A stretch of DNA of 56,915 nucleotides, counting the filler, from Trichosphaerium sp. ATCC 40318 (Eukaryota; Protista; Tubulinea), in NCBI GenBank assembly GCA_038496445.1. It is 2 parts of 2 records of this genome, joined end to end, with 100 filler letters (N's around TTAATTAATTAA, not from the genome) between each part and the next. Parts side by side here need not be neighbours in the genome. Positions count along the whole stretch, not along the records: positions 1 to 26,685 come from JALMLS010000212.1; 1 more part is not named here. One strand, written 5' to 3'. The position numbers and the translations under genes are program-made. The notes below the pieces were generated by a model. The model searched no databases. It saw nothing but the letters and a program-made list of their open reading frames with translations, and was not told where the DNA came from. Of the stretch, positions 13,474 through 25,611 are shown piece by piece; within the stretch, counting starts at the first letter, position 1; each line of letters starts with the position of its first letter.

Positions 13474-16400
13474 CTCGTTATCCGTAACAAAAAAAAAAAT
13501 TACCTGTAACAAGATGTAATAAAAACCACTGTTGACCACCACAACTTTAATACTACTACAGTTGTTACCTATTCTGATAGCGCAAAAGTCCAATCACGCT
13601 GAATAAAACGTAAAACATTAGCAAGCTATGAAATCACGTAAAAGACGTGCCTATACACTTCATTTTCAACGTGATAATGTTGGCAGGGCTAAAGAGAAGG
13701 CACAGGCAAAAAAACGTAAACTATCTGACACTCGAGCGCAAAACAGACTAAAAGCGCAAAAAAAAAAACAAATAAGAACAACAGAGCAGAGTACAAACCT
13801 AAACAAAGTAATTGACGATGGTTGGCAAGTGTTACCGGACGAGATAATTTCCTTCCCTGAAATCAAGCATGTCTCTGAACCCTCTGGTAAAACTGGACGT
13901 TTTATATCCAACGCAGCTAAGTTGTTTGAGCGGTTGATACCTAGACACATTTGGGAGTTTATTTTTGAGGCGACAGAACAAACACGTCAAGACCACGAAG
14001 ATGAGTTCCCAGAATCAAACAGGACTTGGCATACTCCGTTTACCTTGCAAGAGATAATTCAAATGTTTGGTACATTACTTTTGTGGGAACAACGTTCCGG
14101 TGAGAGTAGTTACACGAATTTTTTGAACCAATTGAATGAATGGAAAAAAAAGGCACGTTGGTGTAAAAAAAAACCTATTCCAGAAAGGCGATTTGGTGTT
14201 TTAAGGAAATGTCTTACTGCTGATGTGTATGAACTGTGTCGTAAGGTGTCAAAGTGCTTAAAAATGGCTTGGAAATCAGGGTACATAATTGTAATAGATG
14301 AAACAATGTTAGAATGGAAAGGAAAAGGAGACAGTATAATGTGTATCAAAGGCAAACCCCATCCACTAGGCCTTATGATCTACCTAATGGCGGTTTATTC
14401 TGACAAACATCAACACAAGCCATACATTTTGGGAATATACCCACATTGGATGCCTCATGCAAAGCCACTGGATGCAACTAAACACTTGTTGGATTCCTTT
14501 TCATCACATTATAATTTCAAACCACATGTTGTGTTAGATTCAAGATTTATGGACAGGAGTTTTATGGGTTGGATGCGGCACTACATTGGAAGTGATGAAG
14601 GAGGAGCTACTGTTGCAATATCTGCTAACCAGCAGAAAAAACTATTTACCACTCTTGCTTGTGACGTTCCAGTTAACAAATGGAGAATTGCAAAGAACAA
14701 CAAGACAGGTGAAGTCGCTTCTTACAAACATGTTCACAATGATAGTGGGGATCCTGTACATTGGCGACTATTAACATTAGGTTGGAGTGTTGGTAGCCAC
14801 GCCATGTTGAATAGCATGCCTGCCTTTTCAAAGCTTGCAGAGTTTGAACTTTTGTGCAAAAATTTTACTGTAGACTCATTAATAGGCTTTGTTAGAAACA
14901 GCAACAAAGTAGCAACAGGTGGCAAAGAAGAGTTAGCTATGGCAGCTTTAAACTTAACTGCACTTGACGTGGCATCACTAAGAGAGGTGCGAGATATTAG
15001 AACTGCAGAACAACAAGCCAGGGAAGAGCAAAAAAACAAACAACAACGAAAAACCGACATTCATTGTGTGAAAAAGTGTTTATATGGAGGCAAAGATGAC
15101 AAAAAAAAAGCAATGATGTTGTGCAATTGTTGCAGCACATGGTTCCATGGAAAATGCTTAGGATTGAGTGATAAACAACTTGCTCAATCAAACCCAAAAG
15201 AACGTTTTTACTGTAAAAGTTGTGAAAACAAACTGGTTCAAGTCCGCACTAAATCAAAAACCTGGACCAGAGAAGAGTTAGAAAAAATGGACAAAACTGA
15301 ACTACTAATCCAATGCCAAGTGTTGGGCGAAAAACGAGCTGGTAACAAACCAGCATTAATTGCTAAAATCTTAAAAGCAAGTGATCCAACATTTGAAAAT
15401 AATTTTGCTATTCAAAATAAGCAATTTTTGGGGCCTCCTCGCTCTGGTCCTGCCGTGATGCATGATTTTTATAAGTCTCACTTTGATGTTGTTGATCGTG
15501 CTAATCAAACTAAGTGGAGTACCTCAATACCTGGTCGAGCAACAGAACAATCTTATCGAATGATTATTGGAATAATGAAAACAACCATTACATCTCTTGG
15601 TGCCATCATGGATTATAATTTGGAAGATAAATGCCCTAATCACAATCAAATACATCTTACGCTTGCAAAGGCCATGTACAATGGCAACATTTATAAGTAA
15701 TGTATACCAATAAATAAAAAAAAATTTCTTTGAGACTACGTTTCCAATTGTTTATTCATAGTGTAGCGTTAGTGAAATTATGATAGTAGCTACCTAGTAG
15801 CACTGTAGCTGAGTAACAGAAAGTGTTTCAAATAACAACAAAGTAACTTTCTGAATTTTTTTTTTGTATTCACGAAAAACAACCCAAAAAAAGTAATCAC
15901 AAACAGCAAAAGTCATAAAACAATGTTGTATATATAAACACAGCTGTATTATATAGGATCAAATAATCAATTTAAACCACATGCACAATTGTAGCATGTA
16001 AATTGCCTTTTGAAAACATACAAAAAGTCCAAAAATCCATTTTGTGGAAGTGTTTGTAGCTACTTCAGATGAACAATTCAAGCACAGTGCTCATATATGA
16101 CCCATAACACGGCAATTTGAATAAAAATTATCCAAAATTGAATGAAAGAGTCTGTGTAGCAAACACGACAAATTTGAAAAAAACAGGTTTTTAATTTTCA
16201 ACAAACTTTATGACACTTGCCAACTCCATCACCAACATTTAGTGCTTCAATTAGTCGGTATGATATTACAATGGTCTTCATTTACATTATAAGCAAACAA
16301 CCGCAAATGCTGAGTCAAATGATGGAACATTATTGCTATATTGTAAACTCATGTATAAAAAACGGGAAAAATTGGAATCAGTAGCTTTGGACTAACAACT

Positions 16401-16561
16401 TGTTACGAAATACTATTATCATGAAGACGTATGTTTTGAACTTACAGGCATGATTAGAAATGATGATGCGTACAGCAAAGAAATTCGAAATAAGGGTGCT
16501 GAGGAATAAGAGTAGAAAAAATTTGTTACAGGTAACTTTTTTTTTTGTTACAGGTAAAGAG
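13474..16561 (+). mobile_element. piggyBac-superfamily DNA transposon, full length, 39-bp imperfect TIRs
   Basis: Left TIR 13474-13512 CTCGTTATCCGTAAC(A11)TTACCTGTAACAA; right TIR 16523-16561 TTGTTACAGGTAAC(T10)GTTACAGGTAAAGAG; ATAAA on both flanks; encloses an intronless transposase. Confidence 0.85.
13628..15700 (+). CDS. piggyBac-like DDD transposase with internal SAP-like, PHD and SAP domains
   Basis: IVIDETMLEWKG...KGKPHPLG (D224), HVVLDSRF (D304), FYKSHFDVVDRANQ (D623); C4HC3 PHD at 15065-15223. Confidence 0.88.
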   Translation: MKSRKRRAYTLHFQRDNVGRAKEKAQAKKRKLSDTRAQNRLKAQKKKQIRTTEQSTNLNKVIDDGWQVLPDEIISFPEIKHVSEPSGKTGRFISNAAKLFERLIPRHIWEFIFEATEQTRQDHEDEFPESNRTWHTPFTLQEIIQMFGTLLLWEQRSGESSYTNFLNQLNEWKKKARWCKKKPIPERRFGVLRKCLTADVYELCRKVSKCLKMAWKSGYIIVIDETMLEWKGKGDSIMCIKGKPHPLGLMIYLMAVYSDKHQHKPYILGIYPHWMPHAKPLDATKHLLDSFSSHYNFKPHVVLDSRFMDRSFMGWMRHYIGSDEGGATVAISANQQKKLFTTLACDVPVNKWRIAKNNKTGEVASYKHVHNDSGDPVHWRLLTLGWSVGSHAMLNSMPAFSKLAEFELLCKNFTVDSLIGFVRNSNKVATGGKEELAMAALNLTALDVASLREVRDIRTAEQQAREEQKNKQQRKTDIHCVKKCLYGGKDDKKKAMMLCNCCSTWFHGKCLGLSDKQLAQSNPKERFYCKSCENKLVQVRTKSKTWTREELEKMDKTELLIQCQVLGEKRAGNKPALIAKILKASDPTFENNFAIQNKQFLGPPRSGPAVMHDFYKSHFDVVDRANQTKWSTSIPGRATEQSYRMIIGIMKTTITSLGAIMDYNLEDKCPNHNQIHLTLAKAMYNGNIYK

Positions 16562-16789
16562 ATAAAAAGAAAAAAAAGAAACAACATCACAAAATTCTTG
16601 CGTGTCATTCATCTAGTACCTGTCATGATAGACTTTTTACCCTTAGGTTTCAACCAAGAATCGATGCAATCAAAACAGTATTCAAATCTGTTGGCTTGCG
16701 ACCATGGTTGACCGGAGGCACTTATCGTTTGGCCTATTAGGCAGGTTTCTTAAATAGGCTATCGCGACTGGCATCAAATTGTTCGCTTG

Positions 16790-19284
16790 ATGTACACATT
16801 TATAAAGCAGAAAGTCAGCCAAGACAAAAAACGGTGTAAGTTACTTGTATTGAACAAAAAGCAACGCGCAAAACTGTATATAGTCACTTGACGCGTTTTA
16901 AATTGTTTTACAATTTTCTGTATCGAGAGTAACCTTCAAGTAGTTAATGATGGCCGATACGATTTGGTAATAATATGCGTGTATTATTTCTAACGCTAAC
17001 CGCCGATCTTTAGGATTTGGGCTATATAACGCCGCAAATCATTGGTAACTTACCTCCTACGCCTTTTAAATACTAAAACCACTTAGCTATGGGTTTCCCA
17101 GCAACTGGTATTGAAGCTACATACAGAAATGATATAAGTCACGTCTCGGCAATGTTAAACGAACGTCACAGGGATCATTACTTGGTACAATAGATTTGGA
17201 AAAAAATATAAATCAATTTACAAAAAAAAATAGATATTTAATCTCAGCCAACGCAAATACGATACAGAGTCATTCCACAATAAGGTAACATTAATTACCT
17301 TCATATTCTAGTGAAGAGCTACGCGTAGATAGCAAAAAAGAAAACATGCCAAACTACGCTGTATACTCTCTTCACGTTTTTAGTCTACCTTTCCCAAAAA
17401 TCACGTGTTTGAATCTTTCAAAGATATTTTCTAAATCAATACTATGTTTTCACGGTTTTATTAATACGTTACAGGTATTGGATGTCGGGTGGCCTGATCA
17501 TCACGCGCCGCCACTTCCCTTATTATTCAAAATAGTAAAATCCCTTCATTCTTGGCTTTCTGTTAGCCAAGAAAACGTTGCTGTTGTACACTGCCTCGCT
17601 GGTCGTGGTCGTACAGGTAGGCATACATTTGGATGCATTTTATTAGAGTAGACACGCTCCTTTTTTAGGTTTTTCGTGGTTCATTTTTTGTTGATTTCTT
17701 CGCTCATTTGACGAACTAAATTAGGAACTGTGGTTATAAGTTACCTCATGTATATATCAAAATTTTTACATATAGACAATGCCATGAAGTTTTACGGTAT
17801 CCGTCGGTCGCATAATCAGGTTGGAGTGCGACAACCATCACAACGAAGGCACACCTTTTTTTTTTTTCAATTCTTTCTTCTTTTTTGTCGTTTGTCAAAA
17901 TAACATACATGACTGTATTGTAAAACATAGTTTTTGCATAGATCTCGCTCTCAGTAGTCTTTTTAGGCTGTTCACGTTTTTTTGGCTTACATGGTATTTA
18001 GATACATTCGTTACTTTGGCAGAATTATGCAAGGTGAAGATCCACGCCCAAAATACTTCAGGTAAAGGACTTTAGTCTTCTTATTGTTTGTTTTAATATT
18101 ATTTCTAGACTCAATGCAGTCAGGATAGGACCTATACCTATTATTGGAGGCGGTGGTATGTCTGAAAGTTTTCATCTTTTTTGCCTCTTTTTTCCAAGCT
18201 TGGGTTTTGTTTATTGTTGGAGGTTGGTTCCAGTGATTGGGGCTAATGTAATGTAGGTATCCGACCTCTCTTATATATCTACAATTGCTCTAAAAACAAA
18301 GAGAATACACTATTCTGTTCAGAGACAAAACGTGAAAAAGCTACAAATTACTTACCACAAGATGGAGTGAGTGTTATTTGGTTTTGGGTTTAGCCTCTTT
18401 TGACGTTTATACAAGGTAATGAGGTTTGATACAAGTGGCATAGAGCTGAAAGGGGATATTGTAATGAAATTGTATCATATTGGCGGAAGCGCTTTGCTTG
18501 GTACAAAGCGGTAAGTTGATCAGGTCTTCATTTGAGAATCTTTGTATTTGGAATTTTTGTTTTGTTTTTTGGATTCGTCTTTTCTGACGGTTTTTAGGGA
18601 GTCTCTGGTCCGTTTGTCATTTAATACGGCATTCTTAAAACATGATGAAAATGGAGATGTTGCTTTTACAAAACAAGATATGGATATTGCTTATAAAGAT
18701 AGCAGGTAAGATTTTTTTGAAAGTCGTTCAAGACATTCTCTTGGTTCGCTGCTCTCTCAATATATAGTGTTCTAATTATTTGTGTAGGATATCAGATGAC
18801 TTTAAAATAACTTTAGTAGTCTCTGAAGGTGATGAAGACGTGTCAGGTGCGTAACAAGATTCTTATTTTTTTCTTCGTTTTTTTTCTCTTGTAATGCATT
18901 TCTCGCTTACTTAATTATGTTCTAGATTCATGGAACCCAACACTTGTTGAATACATGCTAGATACACATAACAAAATGAAAAAATCAGCTAAACCAATCG
19001 ATGGAGATCCAAACTTTGACATTAAAGCATTGGCAAAAGCAGGTGGTAAAAATGAGCCAATAGAAGCTTTAAGAAGTGATTGGGTTGTTGTTGACTTGAA
19101 AGGTAATAAGCTGGTTGAATCGAACGATTCAAAAGGAGAAGACGATCCAAAAGAAGACTCTGAGGATTCAGAGGATGAAGACGAGGAAACCACTAAAGAA
19201 GATACTGATAAGGCAGATAAAATACGAATGACATTAGATGAGGACAGCGAAGAGGAACCAGAGAAGGGTATTGAGACTATGTAA
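16790..19284 (+). CDS. PTEN/tensin-type phosphatase with C2 domain and acidic tail, multi-exon
   Basis: MYTFIKQKVSQDKKR, DLGYITPQIIAMGFPA, YRN, WPDHHAP, HCLAGRGRTG, PSQRRYIRYF, LKGDI, FNTAF. Confidence 0.88.
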
Positions 19285-19677
19285 AAATAAAAAAACTGTT
19301 ATCATTGAATGAAAAGCACTGTAGCTCACAGTTGGCACTATCTTATGTAACAAAAAAATTCCCAAGACTACAAACAATCAAAAAATAACTTTTAGCTAGT
19401 ACATCTGCTTGTGTTCCAGTGAATGTCTTGTAAGGTTGTATCGGTTAGTAAAGTAGTATCACGTGCCATTTACACGATCGCGACTCACCGTTCATTAACT
19501 CGGAATACCCACCCGCTCATAGTTATTTAAAACGAGAGCTTACAAAACCTTGCCTTGAGATGTTAGAAATTTTGGTTAAAATAGTCCCAAGTTCCCGTGA
19601 AATACATACCAAAACTGAGAAGAATTTGGTGAAAAACTAGTTAATTTTAGATTTTTTGTGTACTCGGCTCAGCAACC

Positions 19678-22600
19678 ATGAAGCACCGTGTGGAGATTGT
19701 ACATCACCCTGAGGATGCGCCTAACGTACAAACAAGCGCTGCAGGACGATTTAGAGTGGAATGGTACCGACCGGCTCTAAAGTACTGTAAGTGATCAAAC
19801 ATCGCTCTCAATCAATAATCAGCGTGTATTTACGCTATTTTCAGGCTCAATCCGTACAAATAAACCATGGGATATTACAAACGCATCAACAGTCTCTTAC
19901 TTTGAAGTAAACATTGAACAGTGCTCCGACGCTATCGGAATAGGGTTGACAGCTGATAATTATGAGTTAAAGGATAAAATGCCAGGTAGATACACAAACA
20001 CGTTAATCATTTATACAAACCAACGCCGGCCATTAATTTTTTATTTGTATGCAAACTATTTTTAACGGTCTTAGTTCTTTCTTAATTGTGTTTTTTTTAA
20101 ATGCTGTTTAAGGTTGGTCTGAGGACTCTATTGGTGTACACTCAGATGATGGTAAGCTATTCGTAGATGCAGGGATCGCTAGAGACTTCACAAACCCGTT
20201 CAATAACAAAGGTAAAATTATTGTTTTGTGTTTTGTGTTTTGTGTTTAGGCCTCTTTTGATGATTTTGTTGTTAGGCGCTGTCGTTGGTGTTGGCATGTA
20301 TCCTTCTGGTAAAGTATTCTTTACCCGTCAGGGTAAATTTATAGGCACTCTTTGTACACTTGCAAAGGATGGTTGTCAGTTTGTGTATCCAACAGTTGGT
20401 TCGTTCTTATTTTTTTTATTGTTTTTCACTTTTGCATCACGTTTCTCTTATACATTGCGTAGGTGTCGCCGATAGGAAAACATCAGGAACGATAATAGAA
20501 ATTGTTCTGTCTGGGCCATTTAAATTCGACTTGAAGAATCTTGAGCCTGATGTAGACGATAAGGAGAGTTATCGTGTTGCATCCTGGGGTTATGGTAATC
20601 TTGGAAAGCTTGGTCATGGAGATCTCGTTTCTCATCAGTTCCCTTGTGAGATACCTTTACTAGAGGATAAATATATTATTTATACATCAGCAGGACATGA
20701 TCACAGTCTCGCTATAACACGTTAGTTCCTTAAGAATTGTAGTATTAAACTAACACTGGATATTAAGAAACTGGAACAATTATGGCTTGGGGAGCAAACG
20801 CTTTAGGTCAACTGGGTATAGGAAATAACGACAAGAGGGTTTTCAAACCAAAGGAGCTAACGTATCCAAAAAGATGCTTCACACAAGTGCGTTGAAACTG
20901 CTACATTCTGTTTTTTCAAAGTACTAATTTTTTTTATCCAAAAAGGTATCAGCTGGCTATCATCATTCTTTGGCATTGACACGTGCGCTCTGAATAAAAT
21001 GCATTTCTAAATTTACATTTTCATAGGAGAGGGCGATGTCTTTTCTTTTGGTTATGATGGTAGCACTGGATGTCTTGGTGTAGGAAAGGATAAATCTTAT
21101 AGTCTTACTCCTGTACCAATACAAACACCACGTGGTGTAATATTCAAAAAAGTTGTAGCAGGAAGTTCTCGTAGTGCTGCATTGGATGGTGCGTTCAATA
21201 GAAATACGATTTTTATCTCTAGTGGCTTGAGTTGATTGTATTTGTAGTAAACGGTGGATTATGGGTGTGGGGCGAGTGGTCATCGCCTGTTGTTGAGCCA
21301 AAAAAACTAAGTATTTCTAAGAATAAGTTTATTCAAGTCGCTCTTAGCAATTACATTGGTGTTGCAATGACAGGTACTTACCTGTTTTTTTTTTCTGTGT
21401 TTTGAATAGTGTTGCTCTGGAGAGTAACTTAAAGTCTCGTGTTTTACTCACTGATGTTTAGACAAGGGGTATTTGTACTCGTGGAGACATGGATCAAAAC
21501 CTGCTGCTATGAAAGAAGCAAAAAATATTCAATTCGAAATGTTAGATGCATGTGATGGACATATTATTGCTCTTTCTGTTGATGGTAGATTATTTTCTTG
21601 GAACCATGGACAGCTTGAGGATTGTGAGAATAGGCTAACTTTTAGAGGATATGATATATGCTTGAATAAGCTTGAAGGGAAGGGCTTAAAATTTACTAAA
21701 ATTGCAGCTGGTTGGAGACACGCTCTTGCGCTTACAGGTTCTTCTTGTTTTTTTTTTGAACTAAATTTGTAGCTAAGATAGTACTCACTCTTATACTTAG
21801 AAGCTGGTGAATTATATTCAGTTGGGTTTTCAAAACTGGCAGGGACTTTAAGTTCAAAAGCAACGTTAACAAAGATGGATGGTATAACTCGTTTTTTGTT
21901 GATTTGTTGTTAACACGTGTTTTTTTAAGGTTATTCTGACGTTTCGTTTACTGATGTTTCTGCTGGCACAATGCACTCTTTAGCTCTTTTACGGAGCGTA
22001 GAACAACCTTGGCATATTCCTAAGGACCTTATATCATCAGGGAAATGGGAGCCAATAGCATCAGGCCGATACCCTCCAAAGAAAAAAGAGATTGAACCAA
22101 ACAGGTAAACAATACAAACAGCATTTTCTACCTCCTTATAAATTTTATCACGTGAAACTTATGTTATTTACTTAGGTTTCTAAAGAAACCTGAGGGTGTG
22201 GAATATGCTATTGCGAAAGACTTATTTTGTGAAAAGCTTGGTGGTCAAAACTTTGAAGTAAAAAAAGTTTTCGTTGTTGAAAATACTGGACTAGAAAACG
22301 CTTTCACTTCAGAGCTGGAAAAACTTCGACACAAGTTCGATGCTACGCCGCACCTATTTAGAAGAGGTGATTGGGTCGATCTTCCCAAGAGAAAAGAACG
22401 AGATCATACACTCAATAGACTAGGAAAGTTCTCAAATCAGTTCACTTGGAACGCTGGAAGAGAAGTAAGCTTACTTAGTGTATTTTTTTACATTGACTTA
22501 TCAACGTTTCAGGTCACTGTTGTTCCTACTGTCCATGGTACAAATAAAGAAGCAGTATGGAGTATTTGTAGTGGAGGGTTCAGTTCATTGGCAAGGTTAA

Positions 22601-23957
22601 ATGCTGGATTCTACGGAAGGTATTTAAAAAGAACTAACCGAGAAGTTTGTTTTCTGTACACAGTTGTTATTTCAAGTATTAATCTACTTTTTAGGGGAAT
22701 GTACTTTACAACACATGTACCTTATGCAGCTGGTTATAGCGAAAATTTTGAAGAAGAAGAAGCGGAAGAGCAAGTATTTATTGTTAGCTATGTAGTTCCT
22801 GGTAGTACTCTTCCTGTTGTTGAGCATCCTCATGGTAAAGATTCCATTCAAGGTATGTATACAATTCTTCCAAACAAGCTCAGATTTCATGGTATTTCTT
22901 GAACCACAACACAGCAATTCAAAGAATTTGTTAGCAACAAAGACAACTATGAATGTGAAGATAAAAACTGATTTTTTATTGTAGGACAGCCTGTCAGACT
23001 AGGTTATCAGAGTCATTATGTTACGGGTATCCAATATATTAGGTTATAAATCCACATGATTAATATTGTATAATAGTTGATAAAGAGGGTATGCCGAACA
23101 CCAGAGGACCATATGATGAACTAGTAGTTTTTCAAGGTATTTTTTACCTTTTTGTTGGTTTTTGTAGTGGTGGATGAATTTCATTCTAAATACTGTTCAA
23201 GAGAGTCAAGTTCTTCCAAGATATGTCATATTCGCCACTAGAAAAAGTGGTGATGACAACATTGATGATAAACCACTTATAGAAGTACCAGGAGACATCT
23301 CACGTTCATCTTTTGAACTTTTAGTTCAAAAGGTAGAGTCAACGTTACGAGTACCTGAAATCGCAGGTACTGCAATCCTTCGTATTGATGACATCAATTC
23401 TTATTTGTTTTGTAGAGAATTTATCGTATTTCGATAGTAGAAAAGCAAATGAAACTGTAGAGAGATGCAGAACATGGTTATCATCTAATCCATACTCGTC
23501 AAAAGTTCTTTACCAGTTCTCAAGACTTAAAGCAGCCATAGAAGCTATCAATACTGTGCATGAACAAAATATGGCTAAAAGTCGTTCTGTTGATGCAAAC
23601 GGCAGTATGGAATCTAACATAGATACAGTCGAGAAGACAAAAGAAAATAGAAGGTACGAGAGGAATTATCCTGTCTTGTTTTGTTCTCATTTTTTTCTTT
23701 TTTTTAGAAATCAACTTGAAGATCCTCCTGTACCTGATAATATGACAAGAGATATGTTATGGAAAGAGGTTCTTAAGTTGCGTAAAGAAGTCGAGTCTTT
23801 GAAGAAGAGACAAGGAGATAGAAGGCCAAGAAGACAAAAGAAAAAACAAAAAAGGAACAATAAGAAGCAACCGAAAAAAAGAAGAACAACATTACAATCA
23901 ACAATTCCAGTAGGTGCCTGTACTGGTCTTCAGTATTGGGTTAGTGGAAATTTATGA
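19678..23957 (+). CDS. SPRY + RCC1-repeat + PARP-like ADP-ribosyltransferase domain protein, multi-exon
   Basis: SPRY (SYFEV, IGIGL, MPGWSEDSIGVHSDDG, VFFTRQG); RCC1 repeats (SWGYGNLGKLGHG, SAGHDHSLA, WGANALGQLG); ART motifs VHGT, GFYGRGMYFT, YDELVVFQESQVLPRY; coiled-coil/basic tail. Confidence 0.82.
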
Positions 23958-24047
23958 CAGTTGTGTTTCAATCTTGTAAGTTGAATGAACAAAACTTGTA
24001 CTTGTTGAATGTGTTATGTATTTATAAGAACTAGATGTCTTTATATG

Positions 24048-25447
24048 TTAAAAATCAGGCCACAATTGCTTTTCGACAAGTTTGAGGCCTAGAGAAACAG
24101 CTGCTTTCTTTGGTATTTGAGTACCCTCAAACCAAAGGTAATCTAGGCTTGTTAAATTGACAATTCCATTATCTGTGATTTGTGAGCAGTGTGCTAGATC
24201 TAATTGCTTAACACCAATAAGACTGTTCACTCCTTTATCTGTTATGCGCTTACAATTGTAAAGACTTATGACTTTAACACCAACCAAGTATCTTAAACCT
24301 TCATCTGTTACAGATGTATAATCAAGAATGATTGTATGTACTCCAGCAAGTGCCTTCAAAGTAGTATCATTAACACAATCAAGATACGAAATATCAATGA
24401 CTTTTACACCTGCCAATTGTTTTATCCCATCATTTGTTACAGATACACAGCCATACAAGTCAATATGACGTACTCCTACCAAGCATGATAGAGTATCATC
24501 TGTTACTTGTTTACAACTGCGCATGTCAATACAAGGTATACCAGCCAAAAGTTGCAACACATTGTTTGATATTTGAGTACAGCCATCAAGATTAATTTTT
24601 TTGATTTTGTTTGTTGTTTGATTTTGTGTTAGCAGATACTTTACTCCTTCATCTGTAATGAGTTTACACCCACCAAGAGATATTTCAGTTGCATTTGTTA
24701 GTGCTCTTACACTTTTATCTGTAATACAACAGTGGTCAAGCTTTATCTTGTGTACACTACCTGCAATGGCAATGACACCTTTGTCACTGATGTTTTTACA
24801 CCAGTCTAAATTAATAGTGTGAACCCCAGAGAGTGCTGAAAGTCCTTTATCTGTTATTTTCGCACCTGTAACATCAATTGTATGGATACCAGCAAGTTCT
24901 TGAAGCCATTTATCTTTACAATACCATTTTGTAGTTAGTGTATGAATACCATGAAGTGATTTAAAACTGCATTCACTTTCACGTTCAATCTCTAGGTCCA
25001 GATGATGTACACCTGAAATATGTTCTAGCATAGCATCTGTTAGTAGTACAGCACCATTTATTTCAAGGTGATGGACACCAGAGAGATTTTCAAAGTCATC
25101 ATTAGTCATTATTAGAATACCATCAATAACTATTTTAGTATTTTTCAAAAGAGGACTTCCACACAGCGTGACTAGATTTTCTCTTGACTTGACAGTCACC
25201 GTTAAATATCCCAAATGCGTTAAAATGATTGTAGAAAAGAGTTTACAAACAAACGTGGCAGATATACGGCATTTCTTGCCCAAAAACGCCAGAATACAAA
25301 ATATAATTTCTATTGGCAAGTAAAGCAGTTCTGATGACCTAGTAATACGATTAGCTATCGAGATGATACAAAAATCATAACTAAAAACCACGTGACGTAT
25401 TATGCGAAAAAAACATACTCTGGTAGCTCTGCTGATGTATTTAGCAT
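24048..25447 (-). CDS. Intact F-box/LRR protein (exon 1 25447-25419, intron 25418-25339, exon 2 25338-24048)
   Basis: Spliced MLNTSAELPE-SSELLYLPIEIIFCIL (F-box-like) followed by ~14 cysteine-containing LRRs (ITDKGVxxLxGVxxIxL). Confidence 0.85.
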
Positions 25448-25611
25448 ACACATACTTTTTGGCTCTCGTAAAAGGTGCATTCTTGAATAAAATTTTAATG
25501 TATTAAGTCTGTGCCTACAGTTAAGACCTACACCATGGGGTGACTGTTTTATAGTTTGTAGCGCTTGGGTAGTATATTCAAAGAGGTCATCATACGACTA
25601 TCGAGCGTTTC

